60,780 nucleotides of DNA from a virus (IMGVR_UViG_3300033273_000409:1-60780); one strand, 5' to 3'. Positions 10,801 through 18,557 are shown, numbered from the stretch's first letter. Notes: generated by a model not told the origin, from the sequence alone. Numbers and translations are program-made.

Positions 10801-11085
10801 AGAACTAACAGAACTGGTCCTGGTTCTGGTGGTAATCACTCACTTGATGGTGGAGTTAGTGATCCTAGAAGAGGTGACAGTAGTGGTTCTGGTAACTCTC
10901 TAGGTAATTCAAGTAACGGAAGAGCATACGCACACCATCACCCAATTCAAATTACTGGTACTGGACAAGGCGATTCTGGTAGTGTTAATGCCAATGACTA
11001 TGGTACTGGTGATTCAGATAGTGCAACTCTATCATGGGATAACCAACCAGAATGGGTCAGTCTTGTATTCATTATGAAAGTTTGA
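4885..11085 (+). CDS. Large tail-fibre-like virion protein with C-terminal tail-collar domain (2066 aa)
   Basis: Cyanophage-type N-terminus MSLTRLTNLISSTEGRFLYV; GNSPTRPFKTIQRA and IIGSDLRKTRIRP motifs; C-terminal LPVGAVIMWSG..IPSGYVLCDG collar plus His-rich HxH tip motifs; late promoter upstream. Confidence 0.8.
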   Translation: MSLTRLTNLISSTEGRFLYVDPSEFNSSDLISNRGNSPTRPFKTIQRALLEVARFSYVAGPDKGNDKYDQYSILLSPGDHWIDNRPGYFVDWDKDTNYWNTDQEINGQVIVPKLTDGSNFNIFDDNNDLFKFNSTEGGVVIPRGTSIIGSDLRKTRIRPRYVPDPMYAEYLDSNNIGYGTSDYKQPGAYVEEAYNQTLGRTSFFRVTGACYFWQFSIFDAVPTNTGGIYRYATNDFADIVKFTKYSANYEWNLSQQPLTTDATTGLGSHHKITGFEYANGMSVADIVCTQAVNDPTATDIYLNKINSGSQARIFMGDYLLIDNSTASSREVVRVKKVYPEESRITVYRNQLGTTAPALHEANTKITKLNDLGLYYAKVARGFSDADIIDPITDAEGEIEARQQENRIVGPLNVDNRIESIAINLIQGSRYRISVTTRGSHGLFKNQIVSLKDLDVTETSQGTGFGGDINGTVFVTSVINANTIQCEKVLSSSTIPQTYSFNTTAAATLIADIDTVDSASPYIFNCSIRSVFGICGMLADGSKATGFKSMVVAQYTGVSLQKDDRAFVRYMYQIQNRTDADGNPLKDPAWLTESQVGFTLPSDQVSTTVATLHSEGSALYRDDWRTFHVHITNESLIQAVSVFAVGFCDHFLIEDGGDISITNSNSNFGNTALRAIGFREKSFPQDKFGKITHIIPPKKIDDTAIDELSWYPFDVAKVQSSNTNATRTKLHLFNAKTPNKTPTYLFDNKYVLGGKQDEDLDVEMTLGAITVVKNVQLATNVTGSGSFEHVQEKVFTVNPNTDVCTLSGGQTHQWRTGTPVRIESEMGYLPDGIEPNTTYYIISENGGRWTSSGQGWNGPTGTITNRDSQFKLAKTIEEARAGTAIDVRTDNPPKTVNTQGEITATGELRVIQRTSDMRPTPTSFEFITSTNSNEFITVNDATALGPTEIPHGFDKGQPIFFVKSSATDTMPSLSSGPLIQTQFYYAYPTSTSRFKIVATFDDANNDRNLITLGAIAAAGSVKVFANSGQWQAAPWITRCPLQYDPLNPLGASNPVDTETGTAGNWIVTTKTANNQVIDALLSEGDFQGDQAPKATQPAKLKRQRDVRTNYDRTYRFRYVLPKEFKSARPPFLGYVVKLRTNADGYVPETWDGGIPGDYTQYERTYYIYDITEVQDFIPGVQDGVYYLTLLLADIQVDHDRMVRGDGGSISQNWFKKFKFSQSTAELYPSLDADNPVSNAPVAKSVADHRIQGYVYSDSRSHSITREAAASFLNDNNYATVAISNITVEREGSARRGREDQSRILPVGYLRSGSSNRTEDEGIQIELRRPSLVRSGNHTFEYVGYGPGNYSTAFPAKQQRELTDREVVVSQAKKEDAGVVFYSGLNSQGDLYVGNQKINAVTGAIEIIDEAILEVSAVPADNIPVGDEEGADSGDDVFDLVVKGSLTVENSDQDSAARQKGSVRGPTKFLGGVQFNTPKDAGTKTQKVTFYGAGNGFSVRDTGDYRGVHDLFSTNNVSLRAVGVETSGGEITFETYDTDLALRKDTTLWALTTRPPMHAAGAGDNIENMVSSAGLLVDVTWAHGQSFGDVAHKASAALSADATSNNQSWIFLPDPAGQTDGVWYQTGMTKTGGLYAFEDRDTPTEGRLGINGYYRNSARTSNFYIKAGSTRPNDWLVGIDKSDGSPVMWIDQSRSGASGALTQPSVAYFQDAPRTRITELGGGVYSFDVAPGYVSAFGDTVVMSSDLYLEDDMFFRGQTSGISIPNSHVCYSSFQNDNDENYFFRVKEPTNTNNVYRNFSLNNGFSQPAGTLFSPEIRDDIMNQALPVGAVIMWSGTNSNIPSGYVLCDGGTYNNRFGTTTVAPNMTDKFVKGMLSANGTGGQHTQSRTISISAHELSRPEIPAHTHGLNGQYFEHKHNYTKAYTSTEGTELEQEGVPDGSRLSFMTDALTSNPDYGDGETQPGPDFHNDVGGGRTNRTGPGSGGNHSLDGGVSDPRRGDSSGSGNSLGNSSNGRAYAHHHPIQITGTGQGDSGSVNANDYGTGDSDSATLSWDNQPEWVSLVFIMKV

Positions 11086-11115
11086 TATAATCACGTACAC
11101 ATATACCGTAGAAAA

Positions 11116-11361
11116 ATGACTAACAGAACATATGAATTTTTAGATCGATGGGGCGTAGCATTGTTTATTGATAACAATGGTGTGCTATGCATGTATCCAC
11201 TTGGCACTGAAGGTGTTATCGAGAACGACCGTTATTTGTCAGTAGTTAACTTTGACAATACACAATATGCTAGAGGTGAAGAGAAGGAAGGTTTTGCTGA
11301 TGATGCTAGAGCAGCACAAGTAAGACTGAGGAAGCGATGGCTCAGGGATAGACAGTCCTGA
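11116..11361 (+). CDS. Hypothetical protein (81 aa)
   Basis: ATG ORF filling the gap between the fibre gene and the first early promoter. Confidence 0.65.
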   Translation: MTNRTYEFLDRWGVALFIDNNGVLCMYPLGTEGVIENDRYLSVVNFDNTQYARGEEKEGFADDARAAQVRLRKRWLRDRQS

Positions 11362-11406
11362 TAGTGTCACACCCCCCTTGACGGATCCGTTGAGGGGGTT
11401 TATTAT
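11349..11406 (+). promoter_or_regulatory. Early promoter cassette (palindrome + sigma70 + stem-loop)
   Basis: TAGACAGT-N6-AGTGTCAC (11349-11370); TTGACG-N17-TATTAT; hairpin CCCC-TTGACGG..CCGTTGA-GGGG over the -35/spacer. Confidence 0.8.
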
Positions 11407-11430
11407 ATGAAGGTTCAAACGACGGAGCAC

Positions 11431-11583
11431 ATGTACGACGATCTTCAATACGAGCAAGACGTTTTTGATAAGTCTTTCGAGATGGAAGACTTCGATCCTT
11501 TCGAGGATGACAATGACTATTGGTCTGTAGGAATCAAGGACAACATTGATCCTGAGACTATCAAGATGCTAAACAAGTTCTGA
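11431..11583 (+). CDS. Small acidic hypothetical protein (50 aa, not in ORF track)
   Basis: GGAG RBS and ATG right after the promoter; MYDDLQYEQDVFDKSFEMEDFDPFEDDNDYWSVGIKDNIDPETIKMLNKF*. Confidence 0.75.
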   Translation: MYDDLQYEQDVFDKSFEMEDFDPFEDDNDYWSVGIKDNIDPETIKMLNKF

Positions 11584-11626
11584 TGTATAGTAACACTGAT
11601 CGTCTTCTGTTTGTTGGTTCGTTCTT

Positions 11627-12109
11627 ATGGATGCTACATTGGTCGGCAAGAGTATTCTCTGCCCTAGTGGATATGGTTATCGCAAACGGGAGTGCGAGAG
11701 TGTTGTATCCTGGTTTGTAGAAACTTATCTACCAAACTATCAACTCACGATTGATGTTGTTCATCGTGGTCTGAAGAAAGAATCTGTGGTTGGGTATTGT
11801 TCTACCGAGGACATTCCATCACGTCCTAGAACTTTTCTGATTGAACTTCAGACTTATATGGACAAGACTCTATATCGTACAACTCTTTTACATGAACTCT
11901 GGCACATGTTTCAGATGGTCAAAGGTGATCTCAAGCACAAGAATGGACACAAATACTGGAAAAGTGAGACCATTGACCATCTAGAATACTGTGATGATCC
12001 TTCCGAATTGGAAGCATATCGCATGGAAGAATTTCTATTGGAAGAGTATCAAATGCGTTGGAAAACCGTGACATTCTTCCCTAATAGGTTGACAGATTAT
12101 TCTGTCTAG
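11627..12109 (+). CDS. Putative zinc metallopeptidase (HEXXH)
   Basis: TTLLHELWHMFQ zincin motif with downstream PSELEAY (third ligand); start codon uncertain. Confidence 0.65.
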   Translation: MDATLVGKSILCPSGYGYRKRECESVVSWFVETYLPNYQLTIDVVHRGLKKESVVGYCSTEDIPSRPRTFLIELQTYMDKTLYRTTLLHELWHMFQMVKGDLKHKNGHKYWKSETIDHLEYCDDPSELEAYRMEEFLLEEYQMRWKTVTFFPNRLTDYSV

Positions 12110-12117
12110 TGTATACT
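12089..12117 (+). promoter_or_regulatory. Sigma70 promoter
   Basis: TTGACA-N17-TATACT, with hairpin GACAGA-TTAT-TCTGTC across the -35/spacer. Confidence 0.8.
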
Positions 12118-12144
12118 AAACAAGTTGTTAGTTAGGACTTACTT

Positions 12145-13215
12145 ATGTCTCTCAACGACGCATTCAATACTGAATCGTTTGTGAATAGTTACTGGGCAAA
12201 GGATCATTGTGATCCTGCAGTCTGGGACTATGTTCCCTCCACTTATGGGGTGGAAGGTGCAGAACTGGTTGGTGAAAAGCACATGAAGTTTTTCTCTGAT
12301 CTTAACAACTCCTGGAAGAATCCTGGACGAGTTAGCACTGACCCCAAGCGTGTTAGAGAACTAGTTACCGAGATTGTAGAGAACGGTATCAAGACCCAAG
12401 GTAGCGTAATTTATTATGATGTTGACACACTTGATCGTGTCAATGGTACACACCGCACAGAAGTTGCTGCCGAATTAGGTATCGACGGATGGATGATGCA
12501 GGCAATTCGCTTTACTAGTGAGCGAGCAAAGATCGAGTTTGCCACTCTGTCTAATAACAGAAAAGATCTCCTGCACCTGAATACTTCACCAACAGATGTA
12601 TTCGAAGCAGTGTGGGCTTTGAATAATCTTGATGATAACTTTGATGAGCAGCAGGTAAAAGCAGACGTACTTCGTCTGGGTTGGCACCTCACCAAGAAGC
12701 AGAAAGAGAGGATTTTTGATAATCTGATCATGAAGTTTCGATTGAGTGGTGCTGCTCCTACCCGCAAGTATGCTGATTATAATACTAATCAGTTCCACTC
12801 TTTGATGGCAGAGATGTCACACAGAGACCTCAATCCTACCTGGGTTGATATGTGGGAAGACGAGGATTGCATGACGTTGTATATCAACGCTAAGCAGTTT
12901 GAGTCTCGCGTTGGTACTATCATCAATGCAAATGTGCAAGCAATCAAGGCAAACAAACCGCTGCACATTATCTACAGTGTGTCAATTCCTGAGGGTGAAA
13001 AGAATACCCTACAGACCAATCGATTGTCTTTCTGGACTACACAGATGGCATCGATTGAGACTCGCATGATGGAATCATGTGGTCTTCAGGGTGATATGCA
13101 CCGCCGAATCTTTGCTTGGAATGATCCAAGATGTGAGCATCGTGCGGTTGCTCAAGATAACATTCAGGAGGATCAGTTTGACCTTATCAAGGTAAGAAAC
13201 CGAGACTTCAACTGA
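12145..13215 (+). CDS. ParB/Srx-like domain protein (356 aa)
   Basis: NPGR..VRELVTEIVENGI..IYYDVDTLDRVNGTHRTEVAAELG resembles the ParB-N 'L..SI...G...PI.V...i.dG.hR..Aa..lG' pattern. Confidence 0.6.
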   Translation: MSLNDAFNTESFVNSYWAKDHCDPAVWDYVPSTYGVEGAELVGEKHMKFFSDLNNSWKNPGRVSTDPKRVRELVTEIVENGIKTQGSVIYYDVDTLDRVNGTHRTEVAAELGIDGWMMQAIRFTSERAKIEFATLSNNRKDLLHLNTSPTDVFEAVWALNNLDDNFDEQQVKADVLRLGWHLTKKQKERIFDNLIMKFRLSGAAPTRKYADYNTNQFHSLMAEMSHRDLNPTWVDMWEDEDCMTLYINAKQFESRVGTIINANVQAIKANKPLHIIYSVSIPEGEKNTLQTNRLSFWTTQMASIETRMMESCGLQGDMHRRIFAWNDPRCEHRAVAQDNIQEDQFDLIKVRNRDFN

Positions 13216-13272
13216 AGACAGTCAGTGAACTGACACAGCCCCTTGACGGTTCGCCGTCAGGGGGTTTATACT
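13215..13272 (+). promoter_or_regulatory. Early promoter cassette (palindrome + sigma70 + terminator-like hairpin)
   Basis: AAGACAGT-N6-ACTGACAC; TTGACG-N18-TATACT; CCCCTTGACGG-TTCG-CCGTCAGGGG hairpin. Confidence 0.85.
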
Positions 13273-13295
13273 ATATGCATTGAAGCGAAACCAAC

Positions 13296-14537
13296 TTGAC
13301 CATCACTCTCCTTCCCCACCAGCAACGTGCTCTCGATTCTATGAGCAGTGCTGCTAAGGGTCAAGTGCTTGTCCCCACAGGCGGTGGCAAGACCATGATC
13401 ATGATCCGTCACGCGCTGCGTATGCTCGCTGATGGTCCCCGTACCATTGTTGTTGTTGCTCCTCGCATCCTGCTCGCTAACCAACTATGCGAGGAGTTTA
13501 TGCAACAAATTGACAGTAAGTATGTTCATGTTGCTCACTGCCACAGCGGTGAGACTCACTACTTCAGCAGCACTAAGTCTGAGAAGATTGCTCTGTTCAA
13601 TGATGTTGCCCGTACTGCCGATGAGTCCTGCATTATCTTCACTACCTATCATTCACTACGTCGTGTTGTTGACTCTGGTATTGACATCGACGTGGCTTAC
13701 TTTGACGAAGCGCACAATGCTTGCTCTAAGCAATTCTTTGTTCCTGTTGCTGCTTGCTCTAATTTTGCAGATCGTTCATTCTTCTTTACTGCTACTCCAC
13801 GTCAATCACGTCGGCATGATCGTGGCATGAACAACACCATGGTGTTTGGTAATGTTATCTGCAATGTTCCTGCACCTGAACTGATCAACAACGGTAGCAT
13901 CATTCCTCCTGTTGTTGTTGGCATTGAGACCAATGTTGATCGCACTAAGGATAGTGCTGCTCAGATCGACGCTGATACCGTCTCTAACATCATTGATAAC
14001 CTTGATGATAGTCAGGCAGCAAAGGTGTTGGTTGCAGCACCTTCCAGTCGCGTCCTGGGGCGTATGCTGGGGCAGTCTGATATGATTCAGCAACTCAAAG
14101 ACCGTGATTATCACGTCCTACATATTACTAGTAAGTTCGGTGCATATGTTGATGATCGTAAGGTCAACCGTGAAGAGTTTTTCAACACTCTGACCACTTG
14201 GGGTAGTGATCCTTCTAAGAAGTTTGTAGTCTTCCACTATTCTATTCTGTCCGAAGGTATCAACGTCCCTGGGTTGACTCACTGTATCCTTCTTCGCAAC
14301 CTGAATGTTGTTGAGATGGCACAGACTATCGGTCGTGTGATTCGTATTGATCGCAACGATGCTGCTGACATTGCCTCTGGCAAACTTATCCCTGGTCAGT
14401 GTCAGTTCTACCGCAAGTCTTGTGGATTTGTTTCAGTTCCTGTCCACAACAACTACGGTGCTGCTACAATCAAACGCCTTCAGAATGTAGTTGACGCTAT
14501 CTTCGTGAAAGGTATTCCGCCCCTCGCACTGGTGTAA
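13296..14537 (+). CDS. Superfamily 2 (DEAH-box, ResIII-like) helicase
   Basis: Q-motif LLPHQ, Walker A PTGGGKT, DEAH, TAT, LSEGINVP, QTIGRVIR; TTG start. Confidence 0.9.
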   Translation: MTITLLPHQQRALDSMSSAAKGQVLVPTGGGKTMIMIRHALRMLADGPRTIVVVAPRILLANQLCEEFMQQIDSKYVHVAHCHSGETHYFSSTKSEKIALFNDVARTADESCIIFTTYHSLRRVVDSGIDIDVAYFDEAHNACSKQFFVPVAACSNFADRSFFFTATPRQSRRHDRGMNNTMVFGNVICNVPAPELINNGSIIPPVVVGIETNVDRTKDSAAQIDADTVSNIIDNLDDSQAAKVLVAAPSSRVLGRMLGQSDMIQQLKDRDYHVLHITSKFGAYVDDRKVNREEFFNTLTTWGSDPSKKFVVFHYSILSEGINVPGLTHCILLRNLNVVEMAQTIGRVIRIDRNDAADIASGKLIPGQCQFYRKSCGFVSVPVHNNYGAATIKRLQNVVDAIFVKGIPPLALV

Positions 14538-14538
14538 T

Positions 14539-14910
14539 ATGGGAATGTTCGATTACTTCAAATCATCATATGATTTGGGTCCACAGTTTACAAAAGTACC
14601 ATGCCAAACTAAAGACATTGAGGACACTGGTGGTGGCACCATGTCCTTTTATTGGTTAAATCCACATGGTCAGTTATTTCGTGTTTCATACGATGGGACA
14701 CAAGATTTTGAGGAAGTTCCTGAAGGAGAGAGGAAATATAAATGGCAAATTTATCGTCCTGTTGCTAATGGTCAAAAGGGTAGAGTTGTCGCTGAGATGA
14801 TCAGTAAGAGCATTGTAATTGTCCCTGCAATGTGTGTTGAGAGCAGTCTCCCTAAGTTGCTAATAGACTTCAAATATGGTAGAATAACAGGGCATGAGCG
14901 AATAGGATGA
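14539..14910 (+). CDS. Hypothetical protein (123 aa)
   Basis: Tightly coupled ORF; MGMFDYFKSSYDLG..QTKDIE. Confidence 0.75.
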   Translation: MGMFDYFKSSYDLGPQFTKVPCQTKDIEDTGGGTMSFYWLNPHGQLFRVSYDGTQDFEEVPEGERKYKWQIYRPVANGQKGRVVAEMISKSIVIVPAMCVESSLPKLLIDFKYGRITGHERIG

Positions 14911-15155
14911 ACATTTACCATTGCCAAAAGATAGGTGACATTCACGTTGGGGATGTTGTCGAGTTCCTGGGATGTAGCAAGGAACAAATTAACTGGGGGA
15001 ACAATGATGATCCCTATATGTTAGAAAAAGGAAAATGCTACATCGTGGAGGAGGTCGAGGTCCATCGGTCCCACACGAAACTGAAATTGCAAGGAATTGA
15101 AGGAATGTTCAATAGTGTCTGTTTTATTGACATTGATGAACTATTAGATCTGTAA
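14907..15155 (+). CDS. Hypothetical protein (82 aa)
   Basis: ATGA overlap with upstream gene. Confidence 0.7.
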   Translation: MNIYHCQKIGDIHVGDVVEFLGCSKEQINWGNNDDPYMLEKGKCYIVEEVEVHRSHTKLKLQGIEGMFNSVCFIDIDELLDL

Positions 15156-15170
15156 ACAGGAGACAAACTT

Positions 15171-15314
15171 ATGACTAAACGCGAATTTGTGGACTCTAAA
15201 GGTAACACTTGGGAGTGGGATGAGACCGATGAGGTAAGAAAGGCAGTCGAACGTCTGCACCAGACCATCCGCGACCTGGAGGCAAAAAACGCCGAGGACG
15301 GTGGTGACAAATGA
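15171..15314 (+). CDS. Hypothetical protein (47 aa, not in ORF track)
   Basis: AGGAG RBS; MTKREFVDSKGNTWEWDETDEVRKAVERL...; ATGA overlap with next gene. Confidence 0.7.
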   Translation: MTKREFVDSKGNTWEWDETDEVRKAVERLHQTIRDLEAKNAEDGGDK

Positions 15315-15541
15315 AATTACTAACACTTGACGATTATATCAAAGCTGGTGAAACATTCTGGCCAAAGTATAATTATGTTGCCACTACACTTGGACCTGAT
15401 GCTAAACCAGAAGACATTCTGAAAGTAATGGAAGCAGTTGGTACTGTAGCACTCAAACTTGCACTCGAAGAAAAAGAAGGATCATTTGGATTTAACAAAC
15501 ATGACGGAAGAGACGAGGAAGAAGAAGAGAACTGTTCTTGA
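15311..15541 (+). CDS. Hypothetical protein (76 aa)
   Basis: Coupled ORF. Confidence 0.7.
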   Translation: MKLLTLDDYIKAGETFWPKYNYVATTLGPDAKPEDILKVMEAVGTVALKLALEEKEGSFGFNKHDGRDEEEEENCS

Positions 15542-15806
15542 TTCAATCAGTACTAACCCAACGATTGAGAAGGACATTCCTGAAGATCAGGTGTGGATTG
15601 ATGATGCTTTCTTTATCAAGAAGACACGCTTTGGTCTGTTTGTGAGTGTACTCAAAGAACCAATCTATGGGGCACAGTTTATCACTGGACCGACAGAAGA
15701 AGCAGTGTTACAAATTACACGTTGGCACCTCAAATGCTTGCAAGAAGGCTCACTTGATGAGTATACTAGGGTAGTAAATGATGGTTTTGTAGGCGGTAAA
15801 CTGTGA
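15501..15806 (+). CDS. Hypothetical protein
   Basis: ATG at 15501 within track ORF 15459-15806; WIDDAFFIKKTRFGL..GFVGGKL. Confidence 0.7.
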   Translation: MTEETRKKKRTVLDSISTNPTIEKDIPEDQVWIDDAFFIKKTRFGLFVSVLKEPIYGAQFITGPTEEAVLQITRWHLKCLQEGSLDEYTRVVNDGFVGGKL

Positions 15807-16330
15807 ACATCTTTGTATCTCATCCTGATCCATTTGTGTCAGCAAAGGTATTACCTGACAAGCACATTGTCAAGATGCCTTTAGAATGTTGTCAGATGTT
15901 GTCTATCATCTATAGCAAATGGTATTATGATTGGGGTCCACTACCCAAAAAAGATGGTGGTTATTATGCAACTACCAAGGGAGCATTTCGTAACCATCCA
16001 TGCACAATCTGGGCAGCACAGAATCACTACAATACTGCCTGGTTGATACAACACGGTCTCGCATTGTCTGCAGAGTATAAAGCACGGTACGATAAAGTAC
16101 ACTCATGCGCTGAGACATTGTGGGAGGCAAAAAAGATCTTCCATCGTAAGTCTGGCAAAGCAATTACATGCTACTGTATGGCAGATAACTTCGCTCGCGC
16201 TATGCCAGACAAGTTCAAATACGACACAAGCATAGATACTTTTACGGCATACAAAATGTATATTGCTAGTAAACCATGGGTATCTACCAATTACAATCGT
16301 ATACCAGAACGTAAACCAGAATGGATCTAA
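15803..16330 (+). CDS. Pyrimidine-dimer DNA glycosylase (DenV) family protein
   Basis: MNIF..DP..SA..LPDKHIVKMPLECCQMLS and NHPCTIWA motifs are characteristic of this family in cyanophages. Confidence 0.75.
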   Translation: MNIFVSHPDPFVSAKVLPDKHIVKMPLECCQMLSIIYSKWYYDWGPLPKKDGGYYATTKGAFRNHPCTIWAAQNHYNTAWLIQHGLALSAEYKARYDKVHSCAETLWEAKKIFHRKSGKAITCYCMADNFARAMPDKFKYDTSIDTFTAYKMYIASKPWVSTNYNRIPERKPEWI

Positions 16331-16331
16331 C

Positions 16332-16508
16332 ATGTACGAAGAACAAGACTCTTACGATAAAGCAGTACAACTATTTGGCACCCGTGTCAGTATGATTTGT
16401 GCAATGGAATTGGCAAAGAAAATTGATGCTGAGACTGCATATTCCAATATCAAAGCAGAACTAAAAGCACTAAAAGCAGTGAGGAAAGAATGGAAGAAGG
16501 ACCAGTAA
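16332..16508 (+). CDS. Hypothetical protein (58 aa)
   Basis: ATG overlapping the upstream stop region; MYEEQDSYDKAVQLFGTRV. Confidence 0.7.
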   Translation: MYEEQDSYDKAVQLFGTRVSMICAMELAKKIDAETAYSNIKAELKALKAVRKEWKKDQ

Positions 16509-16678
16509 CATCTAAAGACTCTCTATCAGTTAATATTACTGAAGACGGCAAAGTTGAACTTGATTGGGATCCAAATGATCCACGTTGGTCATGGTTGAAT
16601 GACTTGACAAATGAAGAAGTTCAGGCTATACTAACCACAGCAATCGAACATGCTACCGAAAAGGATTGGAAACTATGA
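16490..16678 (+). CDS. Hypothetical protein
   Basis: Coupled ORF; ELDWDPNDPRWSWLN. Confidence 0.65.
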   Translation: MEEGPVTSKDSLSVNITEDGKVELDWDPNDPRWSWLNDLTNEEVQAILTTAIEHATEKDWKL

Positions 16679-16968
16679 CTCTCGATTATGATAAAGTTTG
16701 GGAAGTGATGAATGATCTTGAAGAGATTCAAGAAAATGTATCACAGATTCGTGCAACATTATTGGCATCACTTGACTATGAAGATGAACAAACCAGTCGT
16801 AAACTTGTGGAGGCAAGCGTGACACAACTCAATCACTATCTAAATCTTTGGGAAACTAAGTTTCAACGTGCATGGAACAAAACTGTGCGTGAACTAAAGT
16901 ATCAAGACATTCAGAAGATGCGTCTCACTTCTGTTGGTGTAACGACTGATGAACACAATCAGAAGTAA
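16675..16968 (+). CDS. Hypothetical coiled-coil protein
   Basis: ATGA overlap; heptad-rich helical sequence. Confidence 0.65.
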   Translation: MTLDYDKVWEVMNDLEEIQENVSQIRATLLASLDYEDEQTSRKLVEASVTQLNHYLNLWETKFQRAWNKTVRELKYQDIQKMRLTSVGVTTDEHNQK

Positions 16969-17031
16969 ATGTGAAGATTTCACAATTTGTTTGGGATCAC
17001 TGTTATAATTAGTTGTACCAAAGGCAATTCT

Positions 17032-17196
17032 ATGACACTTCCAAAGGACGGCAGAAAACTTGACCAGAATGAGATCGACAGCATCGAAAATGCTGTAAAA
17101 GAGGCAGGAATCCAGCAGATTCACCCCGATAAGATGGAAGCATTTGCTGAGGAATTGGTTAGGCGATGGCGCAACGGCAGTCCGTTGTCCGAATGA
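17032..17196 (+). CDS. Hypothetical protein (54 aa)
   Basis: Extended -10 (TGTTATAAT, ~17001-17009) and AAAGG upstream of the ATG. Confidence 0.65.
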   Translation: MTLPKDGRKLDQNEIDSIENAVKEAGIQQIHPDKMEAFAEELVRRWRNGSPLSE

Positions 17197-17243
17197 TGAA
17201 GTGTCACAGGGGTCTTGACAGACCCCTTTTTTTGTGCCATAAT
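17186..17243 (+). promoter_or_regulatory. Early promoter cassette
   Basis: Degenerate palindrome ending AGTGTCAC; TTGACA-N17-CATAAT; hairpin GGGGTC-TTGACA-GACCCC plus T7 doubles as a terminator. Confidence 0.8.
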
Positions 17244-17249
17244 AACAGT

Positions 17250-18134
17250 ATGAAAAACACCCACCTGCAACACCCCGAAGATACCATCCTCACGGGTGAT
17301 CTTTCGGTCATCAATCTTTTCTACAACTTCAACACTGCCAGCGTCAAGATTGACGGTGCTCCTGCTATTGTGTGGGGCACAGATCCTGCCACTGGTACTA
17401 AGTTTGTTGGCACTAAGTCTGTCTTCAATAAGAAGAAGATCAAGATTAATCACTCCCATGATGAGATTGACATCAATCATGATGGTAAGGTAGCAGATAT
17501 ACTCCACGCCTGTTTTGACCTCCTTCCTGAGCATCCTGGCATCATTCAGGGTGACTTTATTGGTTTCGGTGGTACTGATACTTTCCGTCCCAATACTATT
17601 ACATACAAGTTCAATCGTATGATCAATCACCTCAAGATTGTGATTGCACCTCATACGATGTATGCAACTGATGATGAGATGAAGGATGCCTATGTAATTC
17701 AAGAGGCAGACATGGAGATCTTTGAAGATACCGAAGACGTTGTATTTGTGCAACCAACTGTTGACTGGATCTCTGCTAATGTTGATGCTCCTATCATCAA
17801 CACTGACAATGTTCAGTTCATGACTGATGCTGAAGCAGCAGATGCTATCAAGAAGATCAATGCATGTATTCGTGACGGTCTTGATCTTACTGATGACCTG
17901 CTGTTTGACATCTTTGGTTGCATCTATCTGACCAATCTGTATCAAATGGTGATTGAGATGAAAGAGGACATTATGGACAATTTCATTCTCTACAACTGCC
18001 CCAAAGCATACATCGGTGAGAAACAAATCAATCAAGAAGGATTTGTCATCTCTGGTGATTGTGGTATGATGGTCAAGTTGGTTGATCGTCCTACCTTCGC
18101 ACATGCAAACTTTACTCTTCCTAAGACATGGTAA
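17250..18134 (+). CDS. Putative ligase-fold nucleotidyltransferase (KxDG), 294 aa
   Basis: VKIDG, IQGDF, QEGFVI and VKL occur in the order of ligase motifs I, III, IV and V; the ATG is 7 nt after the -10, so the mRNA is probably leaderless. Confidence 0.5.
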   Translation: MKNTHLQHPEDTILTGDLSVINLFYNFNTASVKIDGAPAIVWGTDPATGTKFVGTKSVFNKKKIKINHSHDEIDINHDGKVADILHACFDLLPEHPGIIQGDFIGFGGTDTFRPNTITYKFNRMINHLKIVIAPHTMYATDDEMKDAYVIQEADMEIFEDTEDVVFVQPTVDWISANVDAPIINTDNVQFMTDAEAADAIKKINACIRDGLDLTDDLLFDIFGCIYLTNLYQMVIEMKEDIMDNFILYNCPKAYIGEKQINQEGFVISGDCGMMVKLVDRPTFAHANFTLPKTW

Positions 18135-18316
18135 GCAAATCTGAGTTGATTCATTACAAGATTCAGGCAGCATTGCGTGAGCATAATATACCTGAAACAG
18201 AAATAAAGTATATGGGAGAAGTAGTTGCAACTGGGCAGCATATGTACCTGATTGCAAATCAACATCTGGTAGAAGCATCAAATATAATGGAGTTTGAGCG
18301 GGTCGATGAAGATTGA
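18128..18316 (+). CDS. Hypothetical protein (62 aa)
   Basis: Overlapping coupled ORF. Confidence 0.65.
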   Translation: MVSKSELIHYKIQAALREHNIPETEIKYMGEVVATGQHMYLIANQHLVEASNIMEFERVDED

Positions 18317-18557
18317 ACTATCAACGAGTGAGGTACAATTTATCATGGATTTAATGATGGGTTGTCCACTTGGATTTACTAAAGATCATGCTATTCAAAA
18401 TAACATAGATGATTCTGCCCTGTTCAACCGTCTTGGTGTGGCACTTGAAAAGGTGGCACACCTGCCTGCTCAGCAGGGGGAGGGTGCTGCTATGATTGTT
18501 GTATCAACAAAGGAGACCGATGGATTCGAAACTCAAGCATCACCTCTCAATCCCTGA
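18306..18557 (+). CDS. Hypothetical protein (reads through next promoter cassette)
   Basis: ATG at 18306; the 3' half overlaps promoter 18438-18496. Confidence 0.5.
   Translation: MKIELSTSEVQFIMDLMMGCPLGFTKDHAIQNNIDDSALFNRLGVALEKVAHLPAQQGEGAAMIVVSTKETDGFETQASPLNP
18438..18496 (+). promoter_or_regulatory. Early promoter cassette lacking a good -35
   Basis: GTGGCACT-N6-GGTGGCAC, 31 nt, then TGC-TATGAT. Confidence 0.7.

Noticed and set aside
17121-18281. 386-aa minus-strand ORF
   Set aside because: Antisense shadow of the + strand KxDG gene, which has a promoter and motifs; the translation has no recognisable features.
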